A DNA stretch of 64,000 nucleotides from contig SMSO01000008.1 in assembly GCA_004764695.1 (NCBI GenBank), forward strand, positions 868,001-932,000, read 5' to 3'. The notes under the pieces were generated by a model, which was not told where the DNA came from, made no database searches, and saw only the letters and a program-made list of their open reading frames with translations. Origin of the DNA: Schizochytrium sp. TIO01. Taxonomy: Eukaryota > Protista > Bigyra: Labyrinthulomycetes. Every line of letters begins with the position of its first letter. Within the stretch, counting starts at the first letter, position 1. Below are positions 28,096 to 37,828 of this stretch, in pieces. The position numbers and the translations under genes were made by a program.

Positions 28096-29980
28096 GCAGT
28101 ATTACCTCGTCTGACCTTACAGCGATAGCCGGGTTGTCCAAGAGTCAAGCAGAAGCAGCGGGCGAGCTTGAATTGTCAATGCCTTGCTGCAATTATGGTT
28201 TTGCTGCACAAGTGAGACCACAGGAGGCCACCTCGAAGATTGCCAACATTTTGGATTTTCATTATTACTATCATCCAAATGATAGTGTTTCCACAACTAA
28301 GGCCACTTACTATCAACAATAGTAATAGTAATAATGCACACAAAAACAAGAAAGAAAAGAAAATGGCCTTCATCTTGGAGCACTTGAGGAGATCAGTCTG
28401 AGGATGGTTTGATCTCCTTCGTTAAAGTTGAACGCATAAACTGCGCTTATGAGCCGGTGCACTTTATCAATAAAGATCTAGAGTCGCTATAGTAATATGA
28501 AAGAATAACTCAATCTCCCACAGAAGGAGGTTGAGAAATAGTAGTTCACCGTGTTACTTCGGATCATGCTGAAAGTACGAGCTCACAAAAACAGCATTAA
28601 GACTGGTGAGAAACTTGCAAGCTACTAGGACTTCGTCAGCAGCGACGTGCGGGTTGATAACGGATTCGATGCGGGTGCAGAAGCAGATGTCGTGAAGGTT
28701 CACCCTCATTTCAAGCTTCGATCTTTTATTTAAGCCATATACAAACTAGAATCCGAAATGGTCTTTTGAGGAGGATAATCCGAGAGTCTCGGTGGCTACC
28801 CAGGTTCGCCCGAGGCCCATCCGGGATACTCGGAACATCCCATACATCAAACGGACAGCGCAGAGCATGCGAAGAACATATTAGAAGTTTCATCTGTGCC
28901 CAGTACAATGCTGATTGATCCCAAGTTTGCGTGAGAAACAATTTAGTAATAAATTACATGATAATGCATGCCTTAGTTAACTTAATTTTTTTAACTTTCC
29001 ATACATAAGAAATGACTGCGCAGTTGCAAATCTGGAGATTGTTGGGAACTTCAATGTATTGTTGTATTTGTAACCATGGGAATGGCAAGAGCACTGTAAC
29101 ATCGCGAGGATAGTCGGAATCTGCAAACGATTTGGTATGTATGTACGGAGCCTATTTTGGGACACCGATGAAAGTAAAACAAACAATATGGTATAGAGAC
29201 CCAGGATGGCGGAAACAAAGATTCAGTTCTTACTCAGAGATTTTATTTAGCATGCATAGTAAGACTATTTTTTTAATTTAGGCAAGCAGCTGTAAAGCGA
29301 AGGGCACATTGAGAGTGAAAGCATGTAAGCAAGATCATTGTAATACTAAATGCCGCCTGTTTTGCTGTATTGACCTTGGGTAAAATAAAAGTCTTTCTTG
29401 ACCTGCTTTGGGGGTATTCATACCAAAGGCTCCCTTTGCAGCTTGTTCAAGAAACAGCATTTAGAGAGACCGTAGAGTATATCTTGCCTGACAATCTTCT
29501 TCGTTAAATCTGAAAAACTATTTCCTCGTGGCGTGATTATAAGATTAAAGCGAAGACCTCACCAATAAGGCGCGGTTTTGTTTCTTAATGTATGCCAGCC
29601 AAGGCAAAATGCTATATTATTTAAAGATGAGTTTACTTGACACGCTAGTTGCCCTCACAGATGCTTCAAATAGCTCGGGCCACGTTCATTTACACATTTT
29701 GTTTTAGCTGATTGTTCAAAACATCCCTAAGGTCTCTTGATGCCTTTGAGTCGAAAGTGCTTTACATTGTGTTTACCCACTACCAAAGGACTGAATGCCT
29801 TACCTCTTAGAACCATCCTCGATGCTTCTGCAAGTCTGATCAATTGTAGTTCTTATCGTAAACTGCCAAAGTTCGGTTTATGATAAACCGTCCCATTTGG
29901 GGTAAGATCCTTCTAACCCCCCGTCATAATATATCCTAGAAGTACATACACATGTTCTTGTAATACCGCACCACCCAAGC

Positions 29981-30948
29981 AGAACCAGCTGTTCAACGAA
30001 ATATAGCAAATAAATCAAATCAATTCACTTCTTACTTTCTCAACCAGTTCCAAGCCGACCAAACAACTAAATAGCCCTCCAGAAAGCACTTACTTAGCCG
30101 CTAATTTCTAACTAATTGGCATAATAATCCAAGCTTTATAGCAAGAGAACCAGCTGTTCAACGAAATCGAATAAATATTCAAATCAATTCACTTCTTACT
30201 TTCTCAACCAGTTCCAAGCCGACCAAACAACTAAATAGCCCTCCAGAAAGCACTTACTTAGCCGCTAATTTCTAACCAATTGGCATAATAATCCAAGCTT
30301 TATAGCAAGAGAACCAGCTGTTCAACGAAATCGAATAAATATTCAAATCAATTCACTTCTCATTATTATATCAACCAGTCTCAAGCCAATCAAAGACAAC
30401 GAAATAGCCCTTACAATAAAACGCACTTACTTAGCCGCTAATTTCTAACTAGTTGGCATAATAATCCAAGCTTTATAGCACTAGAGAACCAGCTGTCCAA
30501 CGAAATCGAATAAATAAATCAAATCAATTCACTTCTTACTTTTCAACCTGTTCCAAGCCAATCAAAGACAACTAAATAGCCCTTACAATAAAACGCACTT
30601 ACTTAGCCGCTAATTTCTAACTAGTCGGCATAATAATCCAAGCTTTATAGCACTAGAGAACCAGCTGTCCAACGAAATCGAATAAATAAATCAAATCAAT
30701 TCACTTCTCATTATTATATCAACCAGTCTCAAGCCAATCAAAGACAACTAAATAGCCCTCCATAAAGCACTTACTTAGCTGCTGATTACTAACTAGTCGG
30801 CATAATAATCCAAGCTTTATAGCACTAGAGAACCAGCTGTTCAACGAAATAGAATAAATAAATCAAATCAATTCACTTCTCATTATTATATCAACCAGTC
30901 TCAAGCCAATCAAAGACAACTAAATAGCCCTTACAATAAAACGCACTT
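29981..30948. repeat. tandem array of ~5.7 copies of a 164-175 bp unit
   Basis: units begin AGAACCAGCTGT(T/C)CAACGAAAT at 29981, 30146, 30310, 30485, 30657, 30829; last copy partial. Confidence 0.97.
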
Positions 30949-31007
30949 GATCAGCCAGACACAACAAGATCCCAAAAAACAAACCAGAAATTATCAAACA
31001 TAACAAA

Positions 31008-32504
31008 TTACACATTATCATCAGAAGGCGATACGCGCTGATACGACTCAAAAGGATGTCGATCAGAGTTCAAAGAATCATCAAGAGAAGCAACCGCAGA
31101 AGACGAACGACAACATCCAGCAGACAAAAGCGAAAGAATCAAAATAAGAAGAATGGCAGCAACAAAAACCGGAAACTGCGGCGACTGTAAGGCCAGTGCT
31201 TTGTTGATAAAAGCCTTAAGCTGTTGCACAAACTCTGATTGTGATATCTGAGAATACGAAGAAGCAATCACAGAGATCGCAGTCGAATTCTGAAGAGAAG
31301 ATTGCGAGGTAGGCGACTGCGTCGGCTCGCGAGTGGTGGGACGAACCGTCGGAGATCGAGTCGTAGGCACAGAGGTCGGCGACCAGGTCTGGCCAGGCAC
31401 AGTTGGCGAACGCGTAGGCTCGGGCGTCGGCTCAGCATAACAAATCGAGGTCGATAAATCACAAGAACTTCCATAGACGCAATGATCATCCGCAGCACAC
31501 GGAAACTCCCCGACAGGACACGGACAAGCAGCATCACAATAATAAGCGTTACTGCGAGGACCAGAAGGACAACGATAAAGCATCCTAAACTGGCGAATAT
31601 CCTTCTCTGTGAGCTCAAGACTACCCAACTCAAGCGTTGGATCCGCATTCGACGTGAGCGCAACGAGACCATCCGCTCTAGCAAATGCAGTGCGACTATA
31701 ATGCATAATCGAAAGCAAATCATACGAAGAACCAAGCGAATCTACATTGATCTGCTTATCAAAGTTGGGCCACTTATCTTCTAAAATATTGTCCCAGTGA
31801 ACCGTAACATACTCATCTCTGTCAGGGCGACTCTGCTCATGATAAAAGCCAAGCGCATGCAACATCTCATGCATAATGGGCCTATTGTAAATACAACCAG
31901 TTGAATCATAACTGATCTCCTGCCTTCCTCCCATGCGCCCAACATAAGACCAACAACCGGTCCCGTCTATAATAGAAACATAATCAAGATTGCTCTTGTT
32001 AAGACTCGAATTGCCAATGATCTCCGGCGCCTTGTCAATCGACACAAACGTAATATAAGCCAGCTGCTGTGCCATTTTTCCGAGCGTCTCCTTAATGATC
32101 TGAATCTGCAGCGAGTTAAAGGTGCCCGACTCAATCTCATAAGGAATCACAAGTCTCGGCTGCGCATAACTACTCGCCGGCTGTGCTTCTCTGTAGGTCC
32201 ACAAATACTGATACTCATTAATAAGATCAAGCCGACGCGCACGATGATCAGTCCCCAGATCATCATCATAAATCGCCCATGGCTTTGCTTGCTTTACCTT
32301 TTGATACACAGTATCGCCATAATTGACCTTGAGCTGCGAAGAGCGGATCAGCATGTCTCCCTCAAAAAGCTCAGTCGCCGAAGCAACCGCAGCCGCTTTC
32401 TCCTCATCATAGAGCGGGCTGCTTTTGGGTTGCGCAGACACAGAGACGACATAGCATAGTAGGGTTATATATAGAAGGATACATTTGGCAAATAAGTAGT
32501 CCAT
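31008..32504 (-). CDS. membrane-anchored astacin (M12A) zinc metalloprotease
   Basis: signal peptide, pro-region LFEGDML, GCWSYVG, HEMLHALGFYHEQSRPDRD, Met-turn SIMHY, Cys-rich module, PT/TRSPT stalk, TM helix, short tail. Confidence 0.93.
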   Translation of the reverse strand: MDYLFAKCILLYITLLCYVVSVSAQPKSSPLYDEEKAAAVASATELFEGDMLIRSSQLKVNYGDTVYQKVKQAKPWAIYDDDLGTDHRARRLDLINEYQYLWTYREAQPASSYAQPRLVIPYEIESGTFNSLQIQIIKETLGKMAQQLAYITFVSIDKAPEIIGNSSLNKSNLDYVSIIDGTGCWSYVGRMGGRQEISYDSTGCIYNRPIMHEMLHALGFYHEQSRPDRDEYVTVHWDNILEDKWPNFDKQINVDSLGSSYDLLSIMHYSRTAFARADGLVALTSNADPTLELGSLELTEKDIRQFRMLYRCPSGPRSNAYYCDAACPCPVGEFPCAADDHCVYGSSCDLSTSICYAEPTPEPTRSPTVPGQTWSPTSVPTTRSPTVRPTTREPTQSPTSQSSLQNSTAISVIASSYSQISQSEFVQQLKAFINKALALQSPQFPVFVAAILLILILSLLSAGCCRSSSAVASLDDSLNSDRHPFESYQRVSPSDDNV

Positions 32505-32762
32505 CTTTATCTGATGGTGGTAAAAATTAACCCACCACAGCTATTGTTTGTTTTTTGTTTTTTATAAAAACGAAGACTTTACTACTACTCGGGATAGTGT
32601 AAACAGTATGTATGTGTTAAGTAGGATTTTGATAAAATCGATTGGAATTGATCATATAAGCTTCGAAAACAAAAGACACACAAAATGTCAGACCGAAACC
32701 TATGAGCTAGAAAACAAAGTAAACAAAGCAAACACAGAATCAATTCAGGAGTACAACCAAGC

Positions 32763-33134
32763 ATGACGAGGCCAAGTCAAACGAAGACTGAGACGCCTAG
32801 CGCAAGCAACGTAGCTCGAGACAAAGAAGTCATCAAAGAAAAGGCTACAAAGATTCTCGATAAAATATGCCAGCCCTTGTTCGACGTGGTCCAAGGCCCG
32901 CTACTGATGATGGTCACTGTTTATTTGACCTTATTCGTCGCCGGCTTACACGACCAAACAGTAAAGACGATCCAGATTGATGTAGACCTCAACACAATCT
33001 GCTGGTACCTCTGTCTAACCTGGATCACGGCCTACTGCTCAATCCGCCACCCATCTATCTATTGCCTGATGCTCATGTTATATAACTTGACCGGACACAA
33101 TAGTTTTCTATTCGCCATGTACACAAGCATGTAG
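32763..33134 (+). CDS. small membrane protein of unknown function (GLHD-motif paralog 1)
   Basis: 123 aa, hydrophobic helices, clear similarity to the next ORF. Confidence 0.7.
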   Translation: MTRPSQTKTETPSASNVARDKEVIKEKATKILDKICQPLFDVVQGPLLMMVTVYLTLFVAGLHDQTVKTIQIDVDLNTICWYLCLTWITAYCSIRHPSIYCLMLMLYNLTGHNSFLFAMYTSM

Positions 33135-33432
33135 TGATTAAGTCATCAATACTTTAAACAAAAACAAAAAATATTTCGCCTTAAATTGCTATATAAACAA
33201 ACCAATCGCCCGTTAGATGCAAACAAAAACAACTTGACACTATATTCACCAAAACCTAAACCCAAACCAAAACCAAAAAAAAGTAATAAACTCTACTACT
33301 CATCATCGCAACTGGGCAAAGGAGGCATGCCACCGTGACCGAGCATAACAAACGCTAAACTAGATCGAACAACCGACTTGACAAGTATATCTTATTATTT
33401 GATTTGTTTTGTTTTTTCAAAAGCAAAACATA

Positions 33433-33873
33433 ATGGCCCCAAAGAGCTTGCCGGTTCGCTTCCTCGAGAGCCCCGCGCCTTGCTTGGCGTCGGCTTGGCT
33501 AGCCTTGTATATTGTCGGCTTACATGACGCAAAGCTGGCGAGTTTTACGGTTGACTTGGACTTTACTCTTGTTGGCTACTTTGTAATGGCGAGCTGGATG
33601 CTGGCTGACTTTAGACGCATGAAGACAGTCTTTTATGCATTCTCACTAGCAGCCTTTGCACTGAGCGGTAGTGTGATGATCCTTTTCGGACTTGCAGCTG
33701 CCAGTATCGCGCTGATCTGGAAGCTTATTGATAAGTGGATCAGATATGAGATAAAAGACAAGAGAACCGAATACTCTACGTTGTATCAAGCTTTTGGTTC
33801 AAGACTCTCTTCTGCTCAGACAACAGAAGATAGTTCAACAACATCATCAACAGCCGCCGCCGCCGCCGCCTAA
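33433..33873 (+). CDS. small membrane protein of unknown function (GLHD-motif paralog 2)
   Basis: ATG at 33433 in A-rich context (146 aa); LYIVGLHD..VDLD motif shared with the upstream ORF. Confidence 0.75.
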   Translation: MAPKSLPVRFLESPAPCLASAWLALYIVGLHDAKLASFTVDLDFTLVGYFVMASWMLADFRRMKTVFYAFSLAAFALSGSVMILFGLAAASIALIWKLIDKWIRYEIKDKRTEYSTLYQAFGSRLSSAQTTEDSSTTSSTAAAAAA

Positions 33874-33996
33874 AAATAGCACGCAGATGGGTTTCAAGAA
33901 AGCAGTCGCCTGAACGAATACTTATATAAACTAACTAACTATCAAACATTTGTCTTATACATTTTACAGATCAGAAAGCAAGAGGTTCTTCGATCA

Positions 33997-34064
33997 ATCA
34001 GGTTGATAAACTAGAAGGAGAATACGAGCTATCAGGTTGATAAACTAGAAGGAGAATACGAGCT
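33997..34064. repeat. perfect 34-bp tandem duplication spanning the stop codon of the LAGLIDADG-dUTPase ORF
   Basis: ATCAGGTTGATAAACTAGAAGGAGAATACGAGCT at 33997-34030 and 34031-34064. Confidence 0.95.
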
Positions 34065-35513
34065 CTCAATAAACTCAATGCCTGGATTCGAACGCCGGAC
34101 CATCATGTAACACGCAACAAACGGAAAGTCTGGCAAAGACGCTGTCCTGGAGCCAAGTCGAAGCAAAGGAATCAGGATCTCCTCCGTAGACGAAGGGTCA
34201 ACCACGATCGTCTCCTGAATCATGCGGTAGCCTAGAGAATATAATTGAGGCGCGGCAATGATCTCAACATGAAAGCCAAAAGGTGGCGTGAAGCGTAAAC
34301 CTGTCGAACAAATCAGCTGGTCGTCTGAAATGCGAGTGTGAACACCGGTCAAGCTCAAGTGATACATTGGCGAGCTGGCATGCTGCTTAAACGGAAGCAC
34401 TGCAGTAGGCTCGAGTCGATGGACCTGGACACTGCCAAACTGCTGGCGCGAACTGCCAATAATCTTGTACAATAGAGGGAAAGTCTTGCCGCCCGGCAAT
34501 GCGCTCGTGCTTGGATCGAATCCTCTATAAAAGAGACCCAGAAAGTTATAGGCATCCTTGCCGAGCAAGTGCACGCGGTACTTGTTGGTGATTAGCGAGG
34601 TCTCGAGAGGAAGAAGCAGGGTGCGAAACGCGGGCATCAGCGCCGGCGTCAACTGGATCGTAAGCTCCGGCTTGGCAACATCGATCGCTCCTGCGGCTTC
34701 TATGTAACCCCGCCAATATTCGCGAATGCAGTATTCCAGGTGATAGCCATCAAATTCGTACGAAGGTGCGCGATGCATGAAGCGGTGATGTGCAATTGTT
34801 CTAACAATTTGCCAATTATGAATCTGAGCCTCGTAGATGATTGTGCCCGAGGTGCTGCGCTGTTCATAAATATGGCCATCGTAGCCACAGGCGCCCCAGG
34901 CTGATCGTTCATCCCAAAGCTTGCTTCGTCGCAGAGAGTCAATGACTGAGCGCAGGTCTTCGAGCCGCGACCTGTCGCGCACACTAAAGACCAAGCTATC
35001 GCGCTTCACCTGTGCGGATGCCGTCGCGAAGCCGAGCACATAGAACTCTGCAGTTTCTGACTCTGCAAAACTTCTGGATGACGGTCTCAAGTTGTTTCGA
35101 GGTGACCTGCGACTTGGCGAGGCAACTTCCATGTCCTCCTGGTCATCATGGTCTTGGCTATCCTCGCTGTCGAGATGCTGGTCGTATTGCTGATCGATAG
35201 TAGTCGTTTCCTGTTGTTTGTTTTCTTGGTGGTTTTCCTGGACGATTACCCATCTTCGGTGATCACAGCCGTTTGATTGATCAGACGCGCAGCAGCAGGG
35301 TTCTGAACATTTGGGTCCAGCGGTAGCGCGAGATCTAGGCAGATAAGGCTGGCTGCAATCGACTTGAAGCTGCGTTTGTTGTTGCCGCATGCCTGGTGCA
35401 GACGAGGGCCTAGGCGTCTCAATGATGCTTTCAATCATCAGTGCGTCCGAATCAATTTCATGTTTCTGTGCCGCTTGGCTAGACGACCGTGTTGTAACTC
35501 CGATCGGCGCCAT
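34032..35513 (-). CDS. degenerate double-motif LAGLIDADG domain fused to a C-terminal inactive dUTPase-like domain
   Basis: FYVLGFATASAQV and YWRGYIEAAGAI resemble LAGLIDADG helices, followed by GKDAYNFLGLFY; C-terminus AVLPFKQHASSPMYHL..STGLRFTPPFGFHVEI..GYRM..IVVDP..ILIPL follows dUTPase motif order with catalytic residues lost. Confidence 0.7.
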   Translation of the reverse strand: MAPIGVTTRSSSQAAQKHEIDSDALMIESIIETPRPSSAPGMRQQQTQLQVDCSQPYLPRSRATAGPKCSEPCCCASDQSNGCDHRRWVIVQENHQENKQQETTTIDQQYDQHLDSEDSQDHDDQEDMEVASPSRRSPRNNLRPSSRSFAESETAEFYVLGFATASAQVKRDSLVFSVRDRSRLEDLRSVIDSLRRSKLWDERSAWGACGYDGHIYEQRSTSGTIIYEAQIHNWQIVRTIAHHRFMHRAPSYEFDGYHLEYCIREYWRGYIEAAGAIDVAKPELTIQLTPALMPAFRTLLLPLETSLITNKYRVHLLGKDAYNFLGLFYRGFDPSTSALPGGKTFPLLYKIIGSSRQQFGSVQVHRLEPTAVLPFKQHASSPMYHLSLTGVHTRISDDQLICSTGLRFTPPFGFHVEIIAAPQLYSLGYRMIQETIVVDPSSTEEILIPLLRLGSRTASLPDFPFVACYMMVRRSNPGIEFIESSYSPSSLST

Positions 35514-35800
35514 GCTTATTTGTTGTTTGGAATCTGGTGACCTGCTTCAGAATTAGAGTTCTGCCGTCGAGCACAAAAGTCTCTGGAGTAACATAAAATC
35601 AAAAACTATAAACTAACAGACGATCAACAACAACAACAACAACAACAAAAAAACGTTGGGCGGCTCTAGACTGTCTGACCCTCCCCCATACATGTTTTAA
35701 AATAATAGTAATCATAATAATAATAATAATAGTCATGTTGACCAAATAAAGTCTGTACACAGCGCAGTTGATTTATAGTTTTATTCTGTTTTTTTTTTTT

Positions 35801-37675
35801 TTATGATTCTGTTTTCTCATGTAGAGCCCTGATCAAATAAAGTCTGTACATTTTGTTTGAGCGGCTCGGAAACAAAGCTGGGTCTACGCAGATCTCACCT
35901 CGAGCATCCTGAATCATGTACAATAAATCTGTCATCGAATTTGACTTTGCATAATCATAATGCATAGCACACAAATAAGAAGTAAATGTCAAGCGTCGGC
36001 AGCCATTCACAACACAGGTCTTCGTCTTACAATGTGTCTTGCACAATGAATGACGCTGCGCAAGCCGGAAACAGCCCCGTGTCTTGCAAAGATATTTATC
36101 ATTGTAATAAATCATCGTGCTCAACACTTCAATCTGCTGTGCAATTGTGTCTGTCTCGCGAAGCTTATCAACCGCCTCGCCACGACGCCTCTTGTTTCGA
36201 AAATAATGTGTGCTCAAGGCAACGCAAGACATGTAAGTCAACTGACTCTTTAGATCGAGCTGCGAAGAGATGCTAGTATCTTTCATATCCGATCGATTGT
36301 TAGAAGGACTCGGCACACGAATCGAGCTTAGAACACTGTCGCTGTCTGAACTGCTATGATTAGAATCTTCAGCGGGCGTTCGAGCGATCTTTTTAGACTT
36401 GGTTTTCTGCTCAGTAGAGAGTTTGCGTTTACGAGTCTTGCGAGACATCTCTAGCTGAGAGACTCTTTCGTCGACATATCGTATGATTGTTTCAACCAGA
36501 CTCTCCTGAGGTAACTTTTCAGTGCAAGCTGCCTCTTGTTGCTTAGTGCTGGTTTTTGGAACGACATGAGAATGCTGGTCTTGACCGGTCGCGCTGTGTT
36601 CGCGGCCAAGCTCAGGTTGTTGTTGTTGTTGTTTTTGTTGCTGTTGTTCAGGTTGTTGTTGTTTTTGTTGCTGTTGTTGTTGTTGTTGAGGTAGCTGTTG
36701 TTGAGGTAGCTGTTGTTGAGGTAGCTGTTGTTCAGGTTGCTGTTGTTCAGGTTGCTGTTGTTCAGGTTGCTGTTGTTCAGGTTGTTGCTGTTGTTCAGGT
36801 AGCTGTTGTTGTTGTTGTTCAGGTTGCTGAGGCGCTTGTTGTTGCTGAGGCGCTTGCTGTTGTTGCTGAGGCGCTTGTTGTTGTTGAGGTTGCTGTTGTT
36901 GAGGTTGCTGTTGTTGCTGAGGCGCTTGTTGTTGCTGAGGCGCTTGCTGCTGCTGAGGCGCTTGTTGTTGAGGTTGCTGTTGTTGTTGCTGAGGCGCTTG
37001 CTGCTGCTGAGGCGCTTGCTGCTGCTGAGGCGCTTGTTGTTGTTGAGGTTGCTGTTGTTGAGGTTGCTGTTGTTGCTGAGGCGCTTGTTGTTGCTGAGGC
37101 GCTTGCTGCTGCTGAGGCGCTTGTTGTTGAGGTTGCTGTTGTTGTTGCTGAGGCGCTTGCTGCTGCTGAGGCGCTTGCTGCTGCTGAGGCGCTTGCTGCT
37201 GCTGAGGCGCTTGTTGTTGCTGAGGCGCTTGCTGCTGCTGAGGCGCCGCCTCTTGTGGCGCTCGCTCCTGTGCGTTTATAGTGTTTGCCGACTTTGTCTG
37301 AGCGATCGGTGGTTCATCCTGTTCGCTCGATCCAGCAGCGCCGACTTTATCTAACTCGCGCGCCGCCGGTAGAGCACAGCCCTGCTCACACGACTCGCGT
37401 ACTAGACTGCTGTTGCTATCTCTGCTGTTGTCGCAGCTATCTCCGCTCTTGTCCGGTTCTTGTTGGTCACCGAAGTCAGGAGTATCAGGTGGATCAAGCA
37501 ATGGATGTTCACTGCCCGACTTTTCTTGTGCCGAGCCTGTAAATACGTGAGTATTCAGAAATCGATGCGCTATCGACGTAGAGCTTGTCTGAGGCGTGCG
37601 ACGCCTTGACAAACTCTGAAGCAGCGTCTCCAGAAGCTGCACACTATCACTGCCGCTGCTGTTATGATTGTTCAT
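35801..37675 (-). CDS. polyglutamine-rich putative nuclear regulator with two WRKY19-like Cx4Cx9Cx2H zinc fingers
   Basis: 624 aa; (APQQQQ)n tract, NLS-like RKTRKRK, CKTRGC-x9-CKTH and CVVNGC-x9-CAMH. Confidence 0.8.
   Translation of the reverse strand: MNNHNSSGSDSVQLLETLLQSLSRRRTPQTSSTSIAHRFLNTHVFTGSAQEKSGSEHPLLDPPDTPDFGDQQEPDKSGDSCDNSRDSNSSLVRESCEQGCALPAARELDKVGAAGSSEQDEPPIAQTKSANTINAQERAPQEAAPQQQQAPQQQQAPQQQQAPQQQQAPQQQQAPQQQQQQPQQQAPQQQQAPQQQQAPQQQQQPQQQQPQQQQAPQQQQAPQQQQAPQQQQQQPQQQAPQQQQAPQQQQAPQQQQQPQQQQPQQQQAPQQQQQAPQQQQAPQQPEQQQQQLPEQQQQPEQQQPEQQQPEQQQPEQQLPQQQLPQQQLPQQQQQQQQKQQQPEQQQQKQQQQQPELGREHSATGQDQHSHVVPKTSTKQQEAACTEKLPQESLVETIIRYVDERVSQLEMSRKTRKRKLSTEQKTKSKKIARTPAEDSNHSSSDSDSVLSSIRVPSPSNNRSDMKDTSISSQLDLKSQLTYMSCVALSTHYFRNKRRRGEAVDKLRETDTIAQQIEVLSTMIYYNDKYLCKTRGCFRLAQRHSLCKTHCKTKTCVVNGCRRLTFTSYLCAMHYDYAKSNSMTDLLYMIQDARGEICVDPALFPSRSNKMYRLYLIRALHEKTES
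36612..37243. repeat. coding minisatellite (APQQQQ / PEQQQ / LPQQQ) with ~159-bp higher-order period
   Basis: GAGGCGCTTG(T/C)TG(T/C)TGCT units; the block at 36901 recurs at 37060. Confidence 0.9.
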
Positions 37676-37828
37676 CTTGTTTATAAGTTTCCGCTCTGCT
37701 ATCGCTCTGCTACCGCTCTATCTCAGTATTTCTATTATTAGTTTTTATTTATTTTAAAACGCAAAACATTTTTTATTTATTTTAATCTATTTATTTGAAA
37801 ACCCCCCCCTTTTTTTTAAGTATTTAAA

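Noticed and set aside
29981-30948. CRISPR-like array
   Set aside because: The variable parts are recurring alleles rather than unique spacers, units are ~170 bp, there are no cas genes, and the context is eukaryotic
31020-31050. Functional link between the astacin YQRV motif and the neighbouring AP-2 mu gene
   Set aside because: Gene adjacency in a eukaryote does not imply linkage; likely coincidental
36556-37354. 241-aa Val/Ala-rich and 182-aa Leu/Arg-rich + strand ORFs
   Set aside because: Antisense shadows of the polyQ repeat
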